DNA of 64,000 nt from Rhodocyclaceae bacterium (GTDB lineage: Bacteria > Pseudomonadota > Gammaproteobacteria > Burkholderiales > Rhodocyclaceae): positions 33,205 through 97,204 of the forward strand of contig JAVBTY010000025.1 in NCBI GenBank assembly GCA_031555955.1, given 5' to 3'. A program made the position numbers and the translations under genes. Of the stretch, positions 57,385 through 64,000 are shown one piece after another. Under the pieces are notes generated by a model, which was not told where the DNA came from, searched no databases, and saw only the letters and a program-made list of their open reading frames with translations. The first letter of the stretch is position 1, and each line of letters starts with the position of its first letter.

Positions 57385-58662
57385 TTACCCGGGCAGGGCG
57401 ATGGTGTTTCCCGTGCTGAACTGGTAATCGCGAAACACATGCTCCGCAGCCAGTATCCTGTAATCGCCATTTTCGTCTTTCCGGGTCGTATCCTTGAGAC
57501 GATAGGTGTAGTGCCCGCAGGTCCAGCATGCGAAATTGCGCATCTGGGTGCACAGGCAGGTCTTGTCCATGACCCTGACCCGTTTCGCCTCCGGGTGCGC
57601 GGCGACTTCACGGTTGTAGGCGTCGATATACTGGCAGTTGCCGGAAGCGTCGAGCAGATAGCCGTAAGCCTCGCAGTTCGGGCGGATGCCGTCGCCAATT
57701 GCGGGGCTGTTTTTCAGCATGCGCATGGGGTAGCCGGTGGGCGAGATCATGTTGACCTCGATATCGTCTTCATCGGCCCTGAAATATTCCTGCTTCACGG
57801 CGTCCGGCAGGCCGCATTCATGGGTGACGGTGAAGCGGGTGGCTACCTGCACGGCGGCGGCGCCGAGTTCGAGCAGGGCGGTGGCGTCGCTTCCGGTGAA
57901 GATGCCGCCGGCCGGTATGAGCGGGATGTCCAGCTGTTCGGCTTTCAGCCAGTCGCGAATCTGGACCGTGATGGCGGCGAGATCGTATTCCGCCCAGTCC
58001 ATGCCGAACCCGAGATGCCCGCCGGCAAGGGGGCCTTCGACGACGACGTAGTCCGGCAGACGGCCGGTGCGCGAGTTCTTCTTCAGGAACAGTTGCAGCG
58101 CCCGTAGCGACGAAACAATGATGCCGAGCTGCGCATCGTGGAAGCGTGGATGGTCCGCGATCAGCGCGAATGATCCCAGGTGCAGGCCGGCGGCCAGCGT
58201 AATGCCGTCGATACCGGCGTCGAGCGCAGCCTGAAGACGTACCCGCAGTGTTTCCTTCGGGCCGTTCATGGTCAGTTTTTCCATGCAGTTTATGAAAACG
58301 AGGCCATCGCCGCGTTTTTCTTCCATGGTTTTGCTGACGTGTCTGGCGGTTGCTTCGGCAAGCAGGCCAAGATCAAACTGGACAACCGATTTGTCCGGAT
58401 TGGCGACATTGAACTTGTATTGCTTCAGTTTGTTCTTGACGTACTTGGTATTGAAGCGGCGGTCGGACACGGTGGGCGCCATGGCATCGGAAATGTGCCC
58501 GATGCCGCCAAGACGCGCCGCTTCAAGGGCCAGTTCGGCGGTTGAAATATCAACCCCCATGCCGCCGACCATGATCGGAACCAGCTCGTGCCCGCCAAGG
58601 CGCAGGCGGAAATCATCGACGCACTTCATTGTCCGGGTATCCGTTTTTCTGCAACTGTCCAT
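57385..58662 (-). CDS. Nitronate monooxygenase-family flavoprotein (FabK/FabX-like, Cys-rich C-terminus)
   Basis: GGMGVDIS, EGPLAGGHLG, AGGI, VQVATRF..T.EC, SPTGYP.R, C-terminal Cys residues. Start may be 58629. Confidence 0.8.
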   Translation of the reverse strand: MDSCRKTDTRTMKCVDDFRLRLGGHELVPIMVGGMGVDISTAELALEAARLGGIGHISDAMAPTVSDRRFNTKYVKNKLKQYKFNVANPDKSVVQFDLGLLAEATARHVSKTMEEKRGDGLVFINCMEKLTMNGPKETLRVRLQAALDAGIDGITLAAGLHLGSFALIADHPRFHDAQLGIIVSSLRALQLFLKKNSRTGRLPDYVVVEGPLAGGHLGFGMDWAEYDLAAITVQIRDWLKAEQLDIPLIPAGGIFTGSDATALLELGAAAVQVATRFTVTHECGLPDAVKQEYFRADEDDIEVNMISPTGYPMRMLKNSPAIGDGIRPNCEAYGYLLDASGNCQYIDAYNREVAAHPEAKRVRVMDKTCLCTQMRNFACWTCGHYTYRLKDTTRKDENGDYRILAAEHVFRDYQFSTGNTIALPG

Positions 58663-58793
58663 TATCGCTTAAGGCTGGAGTGAGCGCGCTCCGGCCTGCC
58701 GGAGCCGGAGGTATTGGGAGGTATTGATTTGTGCCGCTGTTACGCAAAAAGATCTGCAGAGACTGCGCACAGCGGGGTGTGTGCGGTCAGGCT

Positions 58794-59939
58794 TCATCCG
58801 CGCTCCTGCCGAAGAATCGAATCGAAGACCGCATCCAGGCGAGCGACCGTGCGGTCGATGTCGGCGAGCTTGTCCAGACCGAACAGGCCGAGGCGGAAAC
58901 TGCGGAAGCTGGCTGGTTCGTCACACTGCAGCGGCACTCCAGCCGCAGCCTGCAATCCGCAATCAATAAATTTTTTGCCGGACTGTATGTCCGGATCGTC
59001 TGTATGGCTGACGATGACCCCGGGGGCCTGGAAACCCTGCGCCGCCACGCTGGGAAACCCTTTGCGCACGAGCAGCGCGCGCACCCTGTCGCCCAGTTCC
59101 TGCTGGTGCGCGCGAGCCTTTTCGAGGCCGTAGCGCTCTGTTTCACGCATCGCCTCATGTACGCGGGCGAGAGCGTCGGTGGGCATCGTGGCGTGGTAGG
59201 CATGGCCGCTGTTTTCGTAGGTTTCCATGATCTGCAGCCACTTGCGCAGATCACAGGCGAAGCTGGTGCTTGTGGTTGATTCGATGCGCTCCCGCGCGCG
59301 CTCGCCCAGCATGACCAGCGCGCAGCACGATGGCCCGCTCCAGGTTTTCTGCGGGGCGCTGATGAGCACATCGACGCCGCTGGCGGCCATATCCACCCAG
59401 ATCGCGCCCGAGGCGATGCAGTCGAGCACGAACAGCCCGCCCGTTTCGTGCACTGCTCCGGCCACCGCGCGCAGGTAGCTGTCGGGAAGCATCATGCCGG
59501 AGGCGGTTTCGACGTGCGGCGCAAAGACGAGATCCGGTTTTTCCGCCCTGATCGTGGCGAGCACCTCGTCGATGGGCGGCGGGGTGAAGGCCGCCTGGGG
59601 GCGGTTTTCCGTCTGGCGGGCCTTGAGGATGTTTTCTCCGGCCGGGATGCTTCCCGCGCTGAAAATCTGGCTCCAGCGGAAGCTGAACCAGCCGTTGCGG
59701 ATCACGAGGCATTTTTTTCTGGTGGCGAACTGCCGCGCAACCGCTTCCATGCCATAGGTGCCGCCGCCGGGAACGATGATGGCGGAGCGCGCGTGGTAGG
59801 TCCGTTTGAGAATGTCCGAAATGCCCCGCATCACGTCCTGAAAAGCCTGGGACATATGGTTGAGCGCCCGGTCCGTATAGACAACCGAATATTCAAGCAG
59901 GCCCGCGGGGGCTGCGTCAGATTGCGGATGTGTTGTCAT
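58794..59939 (-). CDS. Class V PLP aminotransferase
   Basis: LLEYSVVYTDR, HVETASG, DCIASG, SAPQK (PLP Lys), FRLGLFG; start trimmed to MTTHPQ. Confidence 0.85.
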   Translation of the reverse strand: MTTHPQSDAAPAGLLEYSVVYTDRALNHMSQAFQDVMRGISDILKRTYHARSAIIVPGGGTYGMEAVARQFATRKKCLVIRNGWFSFRWSQIFSAGSIPAGENILKARQTENRPQAAFTPPPIDEVLATIRAEKPDLVFAPHVETASGMMLPDSYLRAVAGAVHETGGLFVLDCIASGAIWVDMAASGVDVLISAPQKTWSGPSCCALVMLGERARERIESTTSTSFACDLRKWLQIMETYENSGHAYHATMPTDALARVHEAMRETERYGLEKARAHQQELGDRVRALLVRKGFPSVAAQGFQAPGVIVSHTDDPDIQSGKKFIDCGLQAAAGVPLQCDEPASFRSFRLGLFGLDKLADIDRTVARLDAVFDSILRQERG

Positions 59940-60015
59940 GGGCGGTTCCGGAAGGGGGGAGGCGTCAGGGTGTCTTCTGCCTGAAGGCGTTAGTGCGTGG
60001 CGGACCGGATGAGTT

Positions 60016-60828
60016 TCAGGCCTGCGGCGCGGCGGAGCGGTATGACTGGATGACCGGAAGCAGCTGGGCGAATATCCGGGGGCTGCCAGCGACGATGTTT
60101 CCGGTGGTGAGGTAGTCTGCCTCACCCGAAAAATCCGCGCTCAGACCGCCGGCTTCCTGGATGAGCAGCGCGCCCGCGGCCATGTCCCACGGGGCCAGCC
60201 CCATTTCCCAGAAACCGTCCAGGCGGGCGCAGGCAACGTAGGCGAGATCGAGCGCGGCAGCGCCGGGGCGGCGGATGCCCGCGGTTTTCTGCGCGATTTC
60301 CTTGAATGTGGCGAGATAGGCGTCGATGTGCGCGAACTCGCGGTACGGGAAGCCGGTGCCGATCAGCGCTTCGGCCAGTTTTGTGCGTCCCGATACACGG
60401 ATGCGGCGATCATTGAGAAACGCGCCGCCGCCGCGGCTGGCGGTAAACAGTTCGTTGCGGACCGGGTCGTAGACGAGGCCGTGTTCGGGCACGCCGTTCT
60501 TCGTCAGCGCGATTGAAATCGCATACTGGGGAAAGCCGTGGATGAAGTTGGTGGTGCCATCCAGCGGATCGATGATCCAGAGGAACTCCCCGTCGCCGCC
60601 GCCCGCTGGCGCAAGCTCGCCGGACTCCTCTGCTAGAATTCCGTGCTCCGGGTAGCTTTCACGCAGCACCTCAATGATCGCCGCCTCGGCCGCGCGGTCA
60701 GTGTCGGTAACGAAATCGTTCTGCGCCTTCGCCTGCACGGCGACCTGGTGGAGCTGGGCGGAAGCCCGGTTGATGACCGTGGCGGCCCGACGGGCGGCCT
60801 TTACTGCGATGTTCAGGACTGGATGCAT
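60016..60828 (-). CDS. suhB: Inositol monophosphatase SuhB
   Basis: [34 protein letters not shown]. Confidence 0.93.
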   Translation of the reverse strand: MHPVLNIAVKAARRAATVINRASAQLHQVAVQAKAQNDFVTDTDRAAEAAIIEVLRESYPEHGILAEESGELAPAGGGDGEFLWIIDPLDGTTNFIHGFPQYAISIALTKNGVPEHGLVYDPVRNELFTASRGGGAFLNDRRIRVSGRTKLAEALIGTGFPYREFAHIDAYLATFKEIAQKTAGIRRPGAAALDLAYVACARLDGFWEMGLAPWDMAAGALLIQEAGGLSADFSGEADYLTTGNIVAGSPRIFAQLLPVIQSYRSAAPQA

Positions 60829-60920
60829 ACGGATGGGCTTCGGCGGATTCAGGCTGGCCGGGGCTGGCCACTCGCGTTGCTCCCCGTCGCAGTCGGATAC
60901 GAAAAACCTTGGATTCTAAT

Positions 60921-61655
60921 ATGAACGGCGTATCCGCGCTTGACCGCATCCGGATTGTTCTTTCCCGGCCCAGCCATCCGGGCAATATCGGCGCGGCGGC
61001 GCGCGCGATGAAAACAATGGGGCTGTCCTCGCTCTGGCTCGTGGCGCCGGAAGATTTCCCCAGCCCTGTGGCCGAGGCGCGCGCTTCAGGCGCGGCGGAT
61101 CTGCTGGCTGCGGCGCGGGTGGCGCCGACGCTGGAGGCCGCGCTGTCGGGAACCGTGCTGGCCGCGGCGGTTACCGCGCGGCGGCGCGAACTGGGTCTGC
61201 CGCGGCGCACGGCGCGCGAGGCAGCGGGAGAGATCGTTTCATGGGCGGAGCGCGGCGAGGTGGCGCTGGTGTTCGGCAACGAAACCTGCGGCCTCTCCAA
61301 CGAAGAGGTCGGTTTATGCACGCTGCCGGTGACGATTCCGACCGATCCGGCGTTTTCCTCGCTCAATCTTGGCGCGGCGGTGCAGCTGCTTAGCTATGAG
61401 CTACGCATGGCCGCATCTGGCGTAGCGGCAGCGTATAAGGACGATATGCAGCCGCAGCCCGCCACGCACGACGAAATCGAAGGTTTCTTCGGCCATCTCG
61501 AACAGGCGGTGATCCAGAGCGGCTTTCACGATCCGGCCAATCCCAGGCGTTTGCTGCCGCGCCTGCGCCGCCTGTTTGGCCGTATCCGGCTGGAAAAGGA
61601 GGAGGTTGGCATCCTGCGCGGCATGCTGTCCAGCTTTCAGCGCAAGACTGATTAA
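60921..61655 (+). CDS. trmJ: tRNA (C32/U32-2'-O)-methyltransferase TrmJ
   Basis: HPGNIGAAARAMKTMG, FG.E..GL.NEE, SLNL; divergent from suhB. Confidence 0.9.
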   Translation: MNGVSALDRIRIVLSRPSHPGNIGAAARAMKTMGLSSLWLVAPEDFPSPVAEARASGAADLLAAARVAPTLEAALSGTVLAAAVTARRRELGLPRRTAREAAGEIVSWAERGEVALVFGNETCGLSNEEVGLCTLPVTIPTDPAFSSLNLGAAVQLLSYELRMAASGVAAAYKDDMQPQPATHDEIEGFFGHLEQAVIQSGFHDPANPRRLLPRLRRLFGRIRLEKEEVGILRGMLSSFQRKTD

Positions 61656-61732
61656 AATGACCGGGAATCATCCGGCTTTTTCCTTTGCGCGGGTACGTTT
61701 TTTCCGCGCCCCGTTTCTGGAGATACGAAAGC

Positions 61733-62488
61733 ATGTTCAGCCATCTGCGTGAGGATCTGGCCAGCGTGCGCGAACGCGATCCCGCAGCCCGTTCAACATG
61801 GGAGGTGCTGACCTGTTATCCCGGTGTACATGCGCTGGCGCTTCACCGCCTGGCGCATGCGGCGTGGAAGCGGCGCCTGTACTGGCTGGGGCGTTTCATC
61901 AGCCATCTGGGGCGTTTCCTGACCGGGATAGAAATCCATCCCGGCGCGGCAATCGGCCGACGCGTGTTCATCGATCACGGCATGGGTGTGGTCATTGGCG
62001 AGACGGCGGAAATTGGCGACGACTGCACCATTTACCAGGCGGTAACGCTGGGCGGCACCTCGCTCTACCGCGGCGTGAAGCGTCACCCCACCCTGGGCAA
62101 AGGCGTGGTGGTGGGCGCTGGCGCGAAAGTGCTGGGCGGTTTTACCGTTGGCGACGGCGCCAGGATCGGCTCCAACGCAGTAGTGGTGAAGCCGGTGCCG
62201 CCGGGGGCGACCGCGGTGGGCAACCCCGCGCGCATCGTCGATGCGGAACGCGACAGCGCGCGCGAACAGAAAGCGGAGCAGATGGGCTTTTCCGCCTACG
62301 GCGTGACGCGCGATATGGACGATCCGTTATCGAAAGCACTGCATGGCCTGCTCGATCACGCGGTGGAAACTGATCGCCGCCTGCAGGCGCTGGTCGACCG
62401 GCTTGCCGCCACCGGGGTGAAGCTGGACGATACGGTCGAGCCCGCCGACGGCTTTGATGCAACGCGGCTCTCCCGAATGGTTGATTGA
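61733..62488 (+). CDS. cysE: Serine O-acetyltransferase
   Basis: [31 protein letters not shown]. Confidence 0.93.
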   Translation: MFSHLREDLASVRERDPAARSTWEVLTCYPGVHALALHRLAHAAWKRRLYWLGRFISHLGRFLTGIEIHPGAAIGRRVFIDHGMGVVIGETAEIGDDCTIYQAVTLGGTSLYRGVKRHPTLGKGVVVGAGAKVLGGFTVGDGARIGSNAVVVKPVPPGATAVGNPARIVDAERDSAREQKAEQMGFSAYGVTRDMDDPLSKALHGLLDHAVETDRRLQALVDRLAATGVKLDDTVEPADGFDATRLSRMVD

Positions 62489-62517
62489 AAAAGGCTATCG
62501 CGCTCATTAACAAAGGA

Positions 62518-62570
62518 TTAGTTGACCGTTTTTGTCGGGATACGTATAGTTGATCGCGATAGTCGGGTAT
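62518..62570 (+). promoter_or_regulatory. isc promoter with tandem type-1 IscR sites
   Basis: TTAGTTGACCGTTTTTGTCGGGATA and ATAGTTGATCGCGATAGTCGGGTAT resemble ATASYYGACTRWWWYAGTCRRSTAT. They overlap TTGACC (62522)-17 nt-TATAGT (62545). Confidence 0.8.
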
Positions 62571-62621
62571 TCCCGGCATCAACCCATCCGATGCTAATGA
62601 CTGGAACGCGGGGGAGCCGCC

Positions 62622-63101
62622 ATGAGACTGACCACCAAGGGACGCTTTGCCGTCACGGCAATGATTGATCTGGCCTCACGGCAGGCGGAAGGGCCGGTAA
62701 CGCTGGCTGGTATTGCGGAGCGGCAGCGGATTTCCCTTTCCTACCTGGAGCAGCTGTTCGGCAAGCTGCGCCGGCACAAGCTGGTCAGCAGCGTGCGAGG
62801 CCCGGGCGGCGGCTACCGGCTGGCGCGCGAAGTTACGGCGATCACGGTTGCCGACATCATCGTCGCGGTCGATGAGCCGCTCGATGCAACGCAGTGCGGC
62901 GGCAAGCAGAACTGTCACGATGAGCAGCGCTGCCTTACGCACGATCTGTGGACGAACCTGAACAAGCGCATGTACGGTTATCTGGCCTCGGTGACGCTGA
63001 GCGCACTGGTCAACCGCGAGGTAACGCCCGACCCTGAAACCGCCGTGCTGCAAGGCCTGCGCCGCCGTGTCGGCGTGATCATGCACGAAGCGGTGGCCTG
63101 A
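62622..63101 (+). CDS. iscR: Fe-S cluster assembly regulator IscR
   Basis: MRLTTKGRFAVTAM, SYLEQLF, RGPGGGY, three Cys plus His (C..C..C.TH). Confidence 0.96.
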   Translation: MRLTTKGRFAVTAMIDLASRQAEGPVTLAGIAERQRISLSYLEQLFGKLRRHKLVSSVRGPGGGYRLAREVTAITVADIIVAVDEPLDATQCGGKQNCHDEQRCLTHDLWTNLNKRMYGYLASVTLSALVNREVTPDPETAVLQGLRRRVGVIMHEAVA

Positions 63102-63117
63102 CTACGGAACATCTTCC

Positions 63118-64000
63118 ATGTTCGCCCCGGTTTATCTCGACTGGAACGCCACCGCGTCGCTTGATCCGGCGGTGCGCGAAGCCATGCTGCCATGGCTGGG
63201 CAGCCGCTTCGGCAACGCGTCGAGCCGGCACGAATACGGCCGCCAGGCGCGCGCCGCGATCGATGGAGCGCGGGCGCAGGTGGCCGCAGCGGCCGGCGCT
63301 CATGTCACCGAGGTGATTTTCACCAGCGGCGGTTCCGAGGCGAACAACCTTTTCATCAAAGGAGTCGCGTTGCTGCGCAAACCCGGTCTGATCGCGGTGA
63401 GCGCGGTCGAACATCCCTGCGTGCGGGAGCCGGCGCGGCAGCTGGAGCGCTCCGGCTGGACCATGCGGGAAATCGCGGTGGACGGGGAAGGGCGCATCGA
63501 TCCTGCGGACTGGAATGCCGTTCTGGCCATGCGCCCCGCGCTGGCCTCGGTCATGCTTGCGAACAACGAAACCGGCGTTTTGCAAGATGTGACGGCGCTG
63601 GCGTTGCAGGCGCGCCAATGCGGGCTCTGGTTTCATACCGATGCGGTGCAGGCGCTGGGTAAAATCGCGGTCGATTTTCGCGCGCTGGGCGTGCACGGGC
63701 TGACGCTGTCGGCGCACAAGATCGGCGGCCCCCCCGGCGCTGGCGCGCTGGTGGTGGACAAGCGGGTGGAGCTGGCGCCGCTGATTGCGGGCGGCGGGCA
63801 GGAACGCGGGCTGCGTTCCGGCACGGAAAACGTGGCCGCGATCGTGGGGTTTGGCGTCGCCTGCGAGCGGGCGGCCGCCCGGCTGGCGGATGAGTCCGCA
63901 AGGCTGGCGGCGCTGCGCGACAAGATTGCGGAACAGCTTGCGGCAGCCGGGGCCAGGATTTTTTCGGCGGACGCGCCGCGCCTGCCCAATACCCTGTTTT
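63118..64000 (+). CDS. Cysteine desulfurase (IscS/NifS group I), partial
   Basis: Not in the ORF track. MFAPVYLDWNAT, FTSGGSEANN, NNETG, HTDAVQ, AHKIGGP, GGQERGLRSGTEN; runs off the window. Confidence 0.9.
   Translation, partial: MFAPVYLDWNATASLDPAVREAMLPWLGSRFGNASSRHEYGRQARAAIDGARAQVAAAAGAHVTEVIFTSGGSEANNLFIKGVALLRKPGLIAVSAVEHPCVREPARQLERSGWTMREIAVDGEGRIDPADWNAVLAMRPALASVMLANNETGVLQDVTALALQARQCGLWFHTDAVQALGKIAVDFRALGVHGLTLSAHKIGGPPGAGALVVDKRVELAPLIAGGGQERGLRSGTENVAAIVGFGVACERAAARLADESARLAALRDKIAEQLAAAGARIFSADAPRLPNTLF

Overview
This is a GC-rich betaproteobacterial chromosome segment. Gene order and protein style suggest Rhodocyclaceae (Azoarcus/Thauera-like), which is an inference. The housekeeping backbone runs: partial SulP, hpnE-hpnD, comEC, acuI/yhdH, thrC, putA, rbgA, tadA, rsgA, orn, pgi, rpmE, suhB-trmJ-cysE-iscR and a partial cysteine desulfurase. 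Three accessory blocks stand out. (1) 8258-14469 is a type I-C CRISPR interference module (cas3-cas5-cas8c-cas7) just downstream of comEC. Its catalytic motifs look intact and cas8c has a visible internal cas11 start. No cas4/cas1/cas2 or CRISPR array is seen in the window, only weak repeat-like relics at the flanks. (2) 19815-25405 holds an orphan ArsD-like gene and a Fur-box-preceded ftrA-porin-ftrB-ftrC-ftrD iron uptake operon. (3) 30508-46145 is a MarR-associated catabolic cluster: DapA-like lyase, acyl-CoA dehydrogenase, split ADP-forming acyl-CoA ligase, three-subunit xanthine-oxidase-family Mo enzyme, AMP-forming CoA ligase, MoaD-like protein and a Liv-type ABC importer. It matches no pathway I can name and has a recurring palindromic operator candidate. 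I recognised no rRNA, tRNA, transposase or integrase. All assignments come from reading motifs by eye; no database search was run.
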